DNA of 64,000 nucleotides from an uncultured Chloroflexia bacterium (GTDB lineage Bacteria; Chloroflexota; Limnocylindria; Limnocylindrales; CSP1-4): NCBI GenBank assembly GCA_963752475.1, contig CAVVYR010000006.1, positions 416,001 to 480,000 of the forward strand, read 5' to 3'. Shown piece by piece: positions 19,884 to 28,656 of this stretch (position 1 is its first letter; each line of letters starts with the position of its first letter). The notes under the pieces were generated by a model. It saw only the letters and a program-made list of their open reading frames with translations, ran no database searches and was not told where the DNA came from. The position numbers and the translations under genes were made by a program.

Positions 19884-21083
19884 CTAGCTCCGTTTGACAG
19901 GGAGGAACCGCTTCGCGTACTCGAGGAACCGATTGCCGCCCTCGCTGACCGCGAACTCCCGCATCACGCGTCGCCAGAACGGCCTCTTGTCGGTCTTGGC
20001 GTCCGGGTTCATCTTCGCGAGCGTGGCTTTGAGGACCTCCTTGAATGCCTCTTTGCCGGTTCCCTTGACGAAGTTGACGAGTAGCTTGTCGCCGAACGTG
20101 AGCAGTGTCTCCGGGTCGACGCCGATGGAGCGCATATACCGCACGTCGAACCGCTTCACGACGGCGGGATAGAACGAACCCAAGTACTTACCCAGCAAGT
20201 CGCCGGCAGCGCCGGTCACGAACCCGATCAACGCCGTGTCGCCAGCGCTCTTGAGCATCGCGACGACGCCGAATTCCTTCCGAAGTCCGGTGGCCATCTC
20301 CGACGTTCGCGTCGCGGCTTCCTCGACGAGCTTGCCGGTGGTCGCGACGCCGCTCGCAGCCAGGCTCCCGAGTGCCCACTTGCCAGCGGTTGACCCGACG
20401 AGCTTGGCCGCTCCAGTCGTGGCACCTCCGGTCAGGTACGTGGTCACCACGGTGAAGGACACATCCCTCGTGATTTCGAGCGTCGTGACCGCGCGACCAC
20501 CGCCGCTGATCGCCCTCCCGATGAAGGTCCGCCATGTCTTCGCGGCCTTGTTGTACTGCTGCTCGGCCAACCGCAATTGCGTCGCGGCTCCCCGCACGTC
20601 GCCGGCTCGCAGCAGTGCCCGAGCGAGCGCCGCACGCTGGAGCGGAAGGACATAGATGAGCTCGTTCGGTAGCTTCGCGCCGCCGAGGGTCTCGGCGACC
20701 GGGCCGACGAACCAGCCGCGGATTTCCTTCACGTATCGGCGTTGCGAGTCGCGGATGATCCGCGTGTAGCTCTCGATCAGCGAGATCGACCGGCCGAGCG
20801 TCCGGATCGCGCGAGCCCGCAGTTCGGCTTCCTCGCTCGCCGGCGGCTTGGCCTGCCGATGAACGACGGGCATCGGCCGGCCGGCGTCGACGAGGCGGGC
20901 GACGGCAGCGTTCCCCACTGTTCGCTGGAGCGCGAGCACGTCGCCAGGGTGGCCCCTGTGAGGCTGCGAGAGGACGGCTGGTGCGATGAGTGGGCGAGCA
21001 CCAGCCCTCGACCGTCCCTTGGTGGTGCCAACGCCGCGACGCCCAGCGGGCACGACGTGCTGCTTCCGGTGCGTCAGGTTCAT
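19884..21083 (-). CDS. Candidate eCIS effector 3 (QRxxGNxAV leader; Gly/Ala-rich hydrophobic helices, pore-former-like)
   Basis: GGAG RBS before ATG 21083. LQRTVGNAAV at 20901-20930 and VVHRQ junction. Hydrophobic segments YLTGGATTGAAKLVGSTAGKWALGSLAASG and ALIGFVTGAAGDLLG. Confidence 0.7.
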   Translation of the reverse strand: MNLTHRKQHVVPAGRRGVGTTKGRSRAGARPLIAPAVLSQPHRGHPGDVLALQRTVGNAAVARLVDAGRPMPVVHRQAKPPASEEAELRARAIRTLGRSISLIESYTRIIRDSQRRYVKEIRGWFVGPVAETLGGAKLPNELIYVLPLQRAALARALLRAGDVRGAATQLRLAEQQYNKAAKTWRTFIGRAISGGGRAVTTLEITRDVSFTVVTTYLTGGATTGAAKLVGSTAGKWALGSLAASGVATTGKLVEEAATRTSEMATGLRKEFGVVAMLKSAGDTALIGFVTGAAGDLLGKYLGSFYPAVVKRFDVRYMRSIGVDPETLLTFGDKLLVNFVKGTGKEAFKEVLKATLAKMNPDAKTDKRPFWRRVMREFAVSEGGNRFLEYAKRFLPVKRS

Positions 21084-21492
21084 CTGCGTCTCCGCTCGCG
21101 ACCGCCGCATACGGTCGCCCCGGCAGCGACCGTATGCCCATGTGGCGGGCGACGCAATGCCCTGGAGCGCATCTGCCCCGACGGCTGCCCCTTCGGGTGC
21201 CCAGGTAGCTGCGCATCCAGCCATGGGAACGCCGATTCGCTCTGGTGCGGACTCTCGGGCCCCGACGGCCTGCCCCGGTACCTCCGCTTGCGGTCGGCGC
21301 GACATGGCAGGCAGACGCGTCGGACTCAGGCCCGGACCAGTCCATGAGGTGAACCGCGGTGGCAGGTCGGGAGCAGCCTCTCCCTGTGCTCAGCCTCGTA
21401 GTGGGCCTCTCCCTCGGGCTCGAACTGGGCGGCGTCGGTCTCCTGACCATGCACGAACCCTGGACCAAGGGGCAGATGACCTCGGAGTGCAG

Positions 21493-22791
21493 CTAGCCGG
21501 GTCCTGCGTCTCTGGGACCTGGGGGACCGTGCCTGGGCGGCGTGCCTGTGACATCCTTGAGCCGACCGACCTCCACCAGCTTCTCGATTATTACGTCGAG
21601 CGTTTCGATGATCACTTGAGCGTACGCTTGGGAGGCAACCGGCAGTCGCGGGTTGACCACCCGCATCGCCTCGCTCACCTGGTTGGCTCCTTGGGCTGTG
21701 AGCACGGGGATGTAATCCTCGACCTTCTTGATGAGTGGGCCGTGGTCCACATCGCTCTTGCCCCGGACGTCAGCGAGGTTCTCCCGTGACTGGGCGACGG
21801 CCTCCCGGATGATCGCCAGCGTCTGTCCGCTCTTCAACAGCGACTCGTCGCCCGGTAGCTTCCACTTGGTGCCCTTGGCGTTGCGGACCCAGAGGCCACC
21901 CCCAGGTCGTTTGATGTCGCGGTTGAGTCGGTCGTGAACGGCCTTGAGGAATGCTCCGTAGAAGAAGGGCTTCTTGAAGCGGGCTATCAACGCCATCAGG
22001 TCGGCGAACGACTTCTCGCTTGCGGGCACCCATCCACCGAATGCCGGCTTGGGCTTGACGTCGTAGCCTGAGAGCTTCCCTACGGCGTCCGGGTTGGCGA
22101 ACACAATTCTGGATACTCGGAGAGCGAATCCCCGCGCACCAGGCTTGAAGTCCTTCATCCGAGCCTTGGCTGTGTTGATGGGACCTATTCGTGAGACGAG
22201 GTGGCCCGCGGCGAAGGCGTCCGTAAGGAAGTGATCGCCGAAGGCATTCACCTTCATGGCTTGGTCCATGTTCCCCTGCTGCGCCAGTCTGAGCGCTTGG
22301 ACGTGGTATCGCCTCCAGGTCTCACGGTGACCGGCGCCGCCATCAGCGCCTGCGTAGTGCTCGACGTTCTTCGCGGCAAGCTCCGTGTATCGTCCTCCCG
22401 TCGCCTTCTCCCACTCGCTCTCCTTCACGGCCGTGGCGCCTGGCTTGCCCTGGAGGTGGTCGCGCTCTCGGCGGACCAGCGTCACGAGAGTCCTCAGTTC
22501 CTTGCGACTCGCCTGCCGAAGTTGCGCGGGGTCTTTGAAGTGGTCGGCCAGCGCTGTCCACTCGCCGTAGGTCATGCGGACACCGTTCACCTCAAGTGTG
22601 GTCTCCTCCTCACCCTTCCTGGCTCCAACCATGGCGTGCTCGCCTGAGATGTAGCGCCGGACCTCGCTCGGGTCGTGGCCTCTCCCGGCTTCGCGCTCGC
22701 CTACGAGACTTGCGATCGCCCGGTTGCCAGCGAGCCGTTGCATCTCCAACACGGACAGTGCAGGGCCCGGCAAGCGGCCCGCATCGTCCAC
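21493..22791 (-). CDS. Candidate eCIS effector 4: zinc-dependent phospholipase C-like (Legionella PlcA-C type motif)
   Basis: MQRLAGNRAI at 22714-22743, then YISGEH, TYGEWTALADHF, RYTELAAKNVEHY, NAFGDHFLTDAFAAGHL, AVHDRLN. Start is uncertain (GTG 22791 or 22818). Confidence 0.7.
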   Translation of the reverse strand: MDDAGRLPGPALSVLEMQRLAGNRAIASLVGEREAGRGHDPSEVRRYISGEHAMVGARKGEEETTLEVNGVRMTYGEWTALADHFKDPAQLRQASRKELRTLVTLVRRERDHLQGKPGATAVKESEWEKATGGRYTELAAKNVEHYAGADGGAGHRETWRRYHVQALRLAQQGNMDQAMKVNAFGDHFLTDAFAAGHLVSRIGPINTAKARMKDFKPGARGFALRVSRIVFANPDAVGKLSGYDVKPKPAFGGWVPASEKSFADLMALIARFKKPFFYGAFLKAVHDRLNRDIKRPGGGLWVRNAKGTKWKLPGDESLLKSGQTLAIIREAVAQSRENLADVRGKSDVDHGPLIKKVEDYIPVLTAQGANQVSEAMRVVNPRLPVASQAYAQVIIETLDVIIEKLVEVGRLKDVTGTPPRHGPPGPRDAGPG

Positions 22792-23063
22792 CCCGCCACC
22801 CCCAGGGCGCGACCGCACAGGATCACGTCCCTTGGGTGTTCCTCCTAGTCGCCCTGGCCACAGCGCGCGCGTCGAACACGTGAACTCCCTTGAGGCCCAG
22901 CGTATGGAACCCAGCACGGAGCGCCAGCATCGGGCAGGCGGCTGAACGGGCAAGACCTGCTTCCCGTTCGTGTACGAGCACGGTGCCGCGTGAGCTGATC
23001 GCTGGGTCTGGGAGTGGACCGATCTTTGGGCCCGGATCGGGCCGGAGCCAGGGACACGCAGCC

Positions 23064-23202
23064 TGGTCACTTCGCTGTCGAGCCACATGAGCACTCGCGC
23101 GGTCTGGGACGTGTGGGTGCTGTTCGACGCCCAGGCGACGACGCTGACGGCAACGACCGCCAGCACGAGCGCCAGCAGTCCGAGACGCCTGAGCCAACGC
23201 AT
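23064..23202 (-). pseudogene. Truncated N-terminus of a secreted/membrane host gene at the island border
   Basis: MRWLRRLGLLALVLAVVAVSVVAWASN...ARVLMWLDSEVT directly after leuS, then low-complexity, non-protein-like sequence. Confidence 0.45.
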
Positions 23203-23231
23203 GAGCGGAGCCTGGTGCTCCTCGATGGCGG

Positions 23232-25799
23232 TCAGCGGACGACGATGTTGACCAGTCGGCCGCCGACGTGGATGACCTTGACCACGGTCTTGCCCTCGAG
23301 GTTGGCCTGGACCTTGGGCTGCGCCATGACGACGGCCTCGATCTCCTCCTGCGGCAGGCCTGGGGCCAACCGCACCTTGTCGCGCAGCTTGCCGTTGATC
23401 TGTACCGGCAGCTCGACCATCTCCGCGGCCACCAGTGACGCATCGTGCTCGGGCCACGGTTCGGAGTGGATCGAGCGCCACGCATCGCCCCGAGCGGCCA
23501 GGCGGCGCGACCACAGCTCCTCGGAGATGTGCGGCGCCTCCGGGGCCAGCATCAGCAACAGCATGTCGACGGCTTCGTCGTAACCGGCGGTCTCGGCCGC
23601 GGGTGTGCCGCGGTACTTCATGAGCGTGTTGGTCAGCTCCATGAGCTTGGCCACGATGGTGTTCCAGTGGAAGCGCCCGTGGTCTGCGGTGACGCCCTCG
23701 AGCGTCTTGTGCGCGGCCACTCGCAGAGCCTTCTCGGCGGCCGCGAGGTCCTGGCCATCGGGCAGCGAACCGGCATCGGGATCGCCGTGCTCCTGGCCGG
23801 TCGGGTCGATCGCGACCGTCCACACGCGGCGCAGGAAGCGGTTGATGCCCTCGATGCCCTGCGGGTTCCACGGGCCACCCTGGTCCCACGGTCCCATGAA
23901 CATCAGGAACAGGCGCACGGTGTCGGCGCCGTACTTCTGCACCAGCTCGTCGGGGTCCTGCACGTTGCCGCGCGACTTGGACATGCGCTCACCATCGGCG
24001 CCCAGGATCTGGCCCTGGTTGAAGAGGCGCTTGAAGGGCTCGCGGGAGGAGATCACCCCGACGTCGTTGAGGGCCTTGGCGAAGAAGCGGCTGTAGAGCA
24101 GGTGCATGACCGCGTGCTCGGCTCCGCCGGTGTACTGGTCGACCGGCGTCCAGCGGGCCTCGAGGTCCTTGTCGATGGCCACGTCGTCCGCGTCGGGCGA
24201 GAGGTAGCGCCAGTAGTACCAGCTGCTATCGACGAACGTGTCCATCGTGTCCGTCTCGCGCTTGGCGGGACCGCCGCACTCGGGACAGGTGGTCTCGAGG
24301 AATGACTCGGTCGTCTCGAGCGGGTTGCCGCCGCCCTCGGGGTAGACGAAGTCGTCGGGGAGCAGGACCGGCAGGTCCTCCTCCGGCACCGGCACGATGC
24401 CGCACTCGCCATCGCAGTAGACCGCCGGGATGGGCGTGCCCCAGGCACGCTGTCGGCTGATGAGCCAGTCACGGATGCGATACGTGACGGTAGCCTCGCC
24501 CTGGCCCGAGGCTGCGAGGTCCTCGACGATCCTGGCGAAGCCCTCGCTCCAGGGCATGCCGCTGTACTCGCCGGAGTTGACCAGGCGCGCCTCGTCCGAC
24601 TTGGTCACGTAGGCCTCGTCGAGTGGCGCGTCGTCAGCATCGTCGGGGCCGGCGACCACGCGCACGATGGGGATGTCGAACCTCTGGGCGAAGGCGAAGT
24701 CGCGCTCGTCGTGACCGGGCACGGCCATGATCGCGCCGGTGCCGTAGGTGCTGAGCACGTAGTCGGCGATCCAGATGGGGATGCGCTCGCCGTTGACCGG
24801 ATTGATGGCGTCGGCGCCCAGGGGTACGCCGGTCTTCTCGCGGTCGGTCGAGAGGCGTTCGATCTCCGTCTCGCGGCGGGCCTGCTCGACGTATGCCTGA
24901 ACCGCTTCCCGCTGCTCAGGCGAGGTCAGCTCCTCTACCAGCGCGTGCTCGGGTGCCAAGACCATGAAGGTGGCGCCGAAGAGCGTGTCCGGCCGGGTGG
25001 TGAAGATGCGCAGCTCCTCGCCGCCCGTGTGATGGTCCGACGGTGCGGTGCGGAAGATGACGTCCGCGCCCTCGGAGCGGCCGATCCAGTTCGTCTGCAT
25101 GAGGCGGACCGGCTCCGGCCAATCGAGGCCCTCGAAGGAGAGCAGTTCGTCGGCGTACTTGGTGATGCGGAAGAACCACTGCTCCAGATCGCGCTTCACG
25201 ACCGGGGTGCCGCAGCGCCAGCAGACGCGGTCGACGCCCTCGACCTGCTCGCGTGCGAGGACGACCTGGTCCTTCGGGCACCAGTCCACCGGCGCCATCT
25301 GGCGGTAGGCCAGGCCGGCCTTCATGAACTGAAGGAAGATCCACTGGTTCCACTTGTAGTAGTCGGGCTGGCAGGTCACGACCTCGGCGTTCCAGTCGAA
25401 GGTCGCACCCATCGAGCGCAGCTGCCGACGCATGTTCTCGACGTTCTTCATCGTCCACACCGCGGGGTGGATGCCGCTCTTGATGGCGGCGTTCTCCGCG
25501 GGCAGGCCGAAGGCATCGAAGCCGATGGGGAAGAAGACGTTGTAGCCGTTCATGCGCAGGAAGCGGCTGCGGGCGTCGGTCGGGGTCTTGATGTACCAGT
25601 GGCCGATGTGGAGGTCACCCGAGGGGTACGGGTACATCGTCAGGAGGTAGTAGTCGGGCTTGTCCCTGGCCTCGAGGTCGGTGTGATGGAGCCCGAGCTC
25701 CTCCCAGCGTCCCTGCCAGTGGGGTTCGATGGCGGCCGCGTCATAGCGGTCGACGGAGGTGCGGGTGGCGTCGCCGTCAGGGGCGTTGGAGCTGCTCAT
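23232..25799 (-). CDS. leuS: Leucine--tRNA ligase
   Basis: [13 protein letters not shown] (HIGH motif), ERMSKSRGN (KMSKS motif), CP1 editing domain [11 protein letters not shown]. Confidence 0.97.
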   Translation of the reverse strand: MSSSNAPDGDATRTSVDRYDAAAIEPHWQGRWEELGLHHTDLEARDKPDYYLLTMYPYPSGDLHIGHWYIKTPTDARSRFLRMNGYNVFFPIGFDAFGLPAENAAIKSGIHPAVWTMKNVENMRRQLRSMGATFDWNAEVVTCQPDYYKWNQWIFLQFMKAGLAYRQMAPVDWCPKDQVVLAREQVEGVDRVCWRCGTPVVKRDLEQWFFRITKYADELLSFEGLDWPEPVRLMQTNWIGRSEGADVIFRTAPSDHHTGGEELRIFTTRPDTLFGATFMVLAPEHALVEELTSPEQREAVQAYVEQARRETEIERLSTDREKTGVPLGADAINPVNGERIPIWIADYVLSTYGTGAIMAVPGHDERDFAFAQRFDIPIVRVVAGPDDADDAPLDEAYVTKSDEARLVNSGEYSGMPWSEGFARIVEDLAASGQGEATVTYRIRDWLISRQRAWGTPIPAVYCDGECGIVPVPEEDLPVLLPDDFVYPEGGGNPLETTESFLETTCPECGGPAKRETDTMDTFVDSSWYYWRYLSPDADDVAIDKDLEARWTPVDQYTGGAEHAVMHLLYSRFFAKALNDVGVISSREPFKRLFNQGQILGADGERMSKSRGNVQDPDELVQKYGADTVRLFLMFMGPWDQGGPWNPQGIEGINRFLRRVWTVAIDPTGQEHGDPDAGSLPDGQDLAAAEKALRVAAHKTLEGVTADHGRFHWNTIVAKLMELTNTLMKYRGTPAAETAGYDEAVDMLLLMLAPEAPHISEELWSRRLAARGDAWRSIHSEPWPEHDASLVAAEMVELPVQINGKLRDKVRLAPGLPQEEIEAVVMAQPKVQANLEGKTVVKVIHVGGRLVNIVVR

Positions 25800-25850
25800 A
25801 GGTACATTCTCACCGATGTGGACTGGCTCGATCGCGGTCGGGATACGACA

Positions 25851-25877
25851 AGACCCTCGTCTGGTCGACGAGGGTCC
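25851..25877 (-). terminator. Hairpin downstream of tRNA-Ala(GGC)
   Basis: GACCCTCGTC-TGGTC-GACGAGGGTC stem-loop. Confidence 0.55.
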
Positions 25878-25894
25878 GTGTTCTTGCGCCGGGG

Positions 25895-25970
25895 TGGTGG
25901 AGCGACGGGGACTCGAACCCCGGACCTTCTGCATGCCATGCAGATGCTCTTCCAGCTGAGCTATCGCCCC
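25895..25970 (-). tRNA. tRNA-Ala (GGC)
   Basis: GGGGCGATAGCTCAGCTGGAAGAGCATCTGCATGGCATGCAGAAGGTCCGGGGTTCGAGTCCCCGTCGCTCCACCA; 76 nt, G3:U70 pair, encoded CCA. Confidence 0.97.
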
Positions 25971-26050
25971 GCGGCGGCCATAGTAGCGAATCGCGGCGAA
26001 CCCGGCTGACCACGAGCCGAAGAGCCGAGCCTGACGAGGAAGCACCTAGG

Positions 26051-26362
26051 ATGACGAACGTGACAGCGAAGTCCTCGATCGACCTGAACCCGGACGTGGG
26101 AGCGGGGCTCGGCGCCGACGATGCGGCCATCCTGCCGCTCATCAGCGCCGCCAGTGGCCAGCCCATCGTGCTCATGCCGGACGCGCCGACGGTGGGTGGC
26201 CATCCGGTGCGGGCGGTCGTGGCCGCCGCCGATCGGCACCACCTGGGCCAACCCCGAACTGGGGCTGGACTTCGGTTCCGATGGACCGCGGTCGATGACG
26301 CACGCCGGGCGCTGGCTGATCAGCAGGAGCGCTCGGCAGCCGCGGCCAGGTCGCTGTCTTGA
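26051..26362 (+). pseudogene. pxpA(N-term)-pxpC(C-term) fusion, remnant of a deleted 5-oxoprolinase operon
   Basis: SIDLNPDVGAGLGADDAAILPLISAA (PxpA/LamB start) joined to SGQPIVLMPDAPTVGGHPV.AVV..AD...LGQ.R.G..LRF (PxpC end). Confidence 0.7.
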
Positions 26363-27069
26363 ACCCACGACGCCCATACGAGATCCGGCGTTCCGACCGC
26401 GCGCGCCGGGCCAGGATCACCGTGAACCGTGAGGGCCGGACGGTGGTGGTGCTGCCCCGCCGCATGCCGGCTTCAGAGGCGCAGCGGCTCGTGGTCGAGC
26501 ATGCCGCCTGGATCGATCGACACGTCACCCGTGTCACCGCCGAGCGTGAGCGTCTGGCCGAGCGCCCGGCGCTGGGGGAGGGGCGCGTGCTCTCGGTCGC
26601 CGGTGAGCCTCGCCGTATCTCGACGGTCGATGCTGGTGCCGATCGTGCCCTCCGTGGTCGGGTGGAGGAGGTACCGGGTGGCGTCATCGTCCGGCTTGGA
26701 CGCGATGGACGCGACACGGGACAGCTACTCGAGCCCTGGCTGCGTGCCCGCGCCCGCGGGACGATCACTTCCTGTGTGGAGCTGCACGCTCCGGGGCTGG
26801 ACGTGAAGCCGGGGCGCGTCAGCATCCGCGATCAGCGCAGCCGCTGGGCCTCCGCCTCGGCCGACGGCTCGCTCTCGTTCAGCTGGCGCCTGGTGCTGGC
26901 GCCACCGTTCGTGCTCGATGCGGTCGTGGTCCACGAGCTGGCCCACCTGCGCATCCGGGCCCACTCGCGTCGCTTCTGGGCTCTCGTGGAACAGCACGCC
27001 CCGCGTACCGCCGAGGCTCGCCGCTGGCTCCGAGAGCACGCCACCGAGCTCCGCGCCGCCCTCGAGTAG
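26359..27069 (+). CDS. YgjP/DUF45 (M48-like) metal-dependent hydrolase
   Basis: IRRSDRARRARITV, IRDQRSRWASAS, LSFSWRLVLAP, VVVHELAH, HSRRFW. Confidence 0.9.
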   Translation: MNPRRPYEIRRSDRARRARITVNREGRTVVVLPRRMPASEAQRLVVEHAAWIDRHVTRVTAERERLAERPALGEGRVLSVAGEPRRISTVDAGADRALRGRVEEVPGGVIVRLGRDGRDTGQLLEPWLRARARGTITSCVELHAPGLDVKPGRVSIRDQRSRWASASADGSLSFSWRLVLAPPFVLDAVVVHELAHLRIRAHSRRFWALVEQHAPRTAEARRWLREHATELRAALE

Positions 27070-27170
27070 GACGGGGAATACGCCGATCGCCGCGCCGAGT
27101 AGCCACCCCGTCCGCTCACCGAGGCGGGCGCTTGGGGCCCGCCAAGGGGCTACGTCCGGGGCTCACTGGA

Positions 27171-27226
27171 CGCTACCAACGGGCCTGCCAAGGCGCTACC
27201 CACGGGCCTGCCGAGGCGCTACCCAC
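27171..27226 (+). repeat. 23-bp imperfect tandem repeat (about 2.4 copies), intergenic
   Basis: CGCTACCAACGGGCCTGCCAAGG / CGCTACCCACGGGCCTGCCGAGG / CGCTACCCAC. Confidence 0.8.
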
Positions 27227-27430
27227 CCCACGGGTGACCGAGCCAAGCACTTGTCCTTCCGACCCAGCCCGCGGGTGTCCCCGCCAGGCTGGCCTGCTGC
27301 GCCGGCCGTTCCACCCGCCCACGGGGTCGACTGGCCACCGGTTCGCCTTCTCACCCGCCGTGTGGGTCATTCGGCCGGCACGGAATCGGGCTTGGCCCAG
27401 TGACCCAGCAGGTGGGTATGGCGAAGTGTC

Positions 27431-28081
27431 CTAGAGGAGGATGAGGCCGCTCCGTTCGGGCAGGACACCCGCCCGCAGCGCCCCCAGGGTCTCGGCCGTG
27501 TCCGCGGGGAACGTTGACCGCAGCGCCTCGCGGTGGTCTCGAAGGATGCGTCGGTTGCGGTGGGTCCCGGCGACCAGCAGCACCACCCTGTCGGCCCCAC
27601 TGTCGCGGGACTTGGCCTCACACCTCCGCTGCAGCGCTTGCAGGTCGAACAGGCGGGTTTCGGCATCGATCCCGACCGTCCCAGGCCCGGACAGGAAGAC
27701 GTCCCATGCTCGCATGTCGCCGCTCTGCCCGATGAGCACCTCCGACGCCCACCGCCAGCGAGCGTGGACTTCCTTGCGTAGTCGCTCGAGGAGGCGCAGT
27801 TGCCCAGCGTCGCGCACTGGCGATCCGACGGGGAACGTCTTGACGTCGAGGCGCAGTCCGAGTGCGGCGCAGCAGCGTGCGACCTCATCGATGGTGGCAC
27901 CAGCCGCCTGCGCGAGCTCGATCCTGCTGAATTGGGACTGGCTGGTTCCCGCAACCGCAGCCACATGCCCCTGACTCAGGCCGGCGGCAAGACGTGCTCC
28001 GCGCAGTTCGTCAGCCAGGCGTTGCTGGATCTTCGAAGCGTTGCGCTTGCCCATGGCCTGAGCGCGGTCGACCGTCGCCAT
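27431..28081 (-). CDS. XRE-HTH protein with C-terminal PD-(D/E)XK-like domain
   Basis: LRGARLAAGLSQGHVAAVAGTSQSQFSRIE helix-turn-helix; WASEV...RAWD...GIDAETRL. Confidence 0.75.
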   Translation of the reverse strand: MATVDRAQAMGKRNASKIQQRLADELRGARLAAGLSQGHVAAVAGTSQSQFSRIELAQAAGATIDEVARCCAALGLRLDVKTFPVGSPVRDAGQLRLLERLRKEVHARWRWASEVLIGQSGDMRAWDVFLSGPGTVGIDAETRLFDLQALQRRCEAKSRDSGADRVVLLVAGTHRNRRILRDHREALRSTFPADTAETLGALRAGVLPERSGLILL

Positions 28082-28116
28082 TCGCCGCAGGGTAGGAGGG
28101 CGCCCTTCGCTGCCGC

Positions 28117-28614
28117 TTATCCCGCCTGGTTGCAGCCGGAGAGGACGATGAAGGCGTTGAGTTCGTTGACCACCTTCTGCGTATCCTCCTCGACGTGGGC
28201 AGAGGTCCGCCTGATCTGGGTGATGGTCCGGAAGTCCTCGATCGCCAGCTTCAGCTCGCCCATGCGGTAGCCGAGTCGTGTGAGGGAGTCCTCGAGCTCA
28301 TCCTCGCGCTCGCCAAGGTCGGCTCGCTCCAGCTCGGTGTGTGCCGCCTGCAGCTTGTCAAGCTCGATGTCGAGCGACGTGCGGTTCTCCAGGATCAGCT
28401 CGACCCGCCGGAGGTCAGCGAGCCGGGTCTCCATGTCGCCGACGCGCTGGCACAGCTCGCCCTGGGGGTCGACCGCGGGGACCGCGCTGGCGCTCGCGCT
28501 CGGGCTGGGTGACGGGCTCGGGGAGGCACCGGCCGGGTCGGTGGAGGCATCCCCGCCGCACGCGCTCGCCACCGCCAGGAGCGTGAGAGCGAAGGCGACG
28601 AGCGGTAGGCGCAT
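28117..28614 (-). CDS. Putative lipoprotein, helical
   Basis: Lipobox LAVASAC, SP linker, coiled-coil region. Confidence 0.65.
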   Translation of the reverse strand: MRLPLVAFALTLLAVASACGGDASTDPAGASPSPSPSPSASASAVPAVDPQGELCQRVGDMETRLADLRRVELILENRTSLDIELDKLQAAHTELERADLGEREDELEDSLTRLGYRMGELKLAIEDFRTITQIRRTSAHVEEDTQKVVNELNAFIVLSGCNQAG

Positions 28615-28656
28615 ACCGACGATGCTAGCGCGAGTGCTCATGTACGCTCACGGCCC

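Noticed and set aside
21493-23889. 798-aa ORF as a single real gene
   Set aside because: Its 5' 660 bp overlaps leuS in another frame. Only the 23202 start fragment and the C-terminal ~430 aa look protein-like.
25800-25894. T-box riboswitch upstream of leuS
   Set aside because: The leader is too short and has no T-box consensus. The only hairpin is better explained as the tRNA terminator.
27171-27226. 23-bp repeats as a mini-CRISPR
   Set aside because: The units are contiguous with no unique spacers, and there are too few copies.
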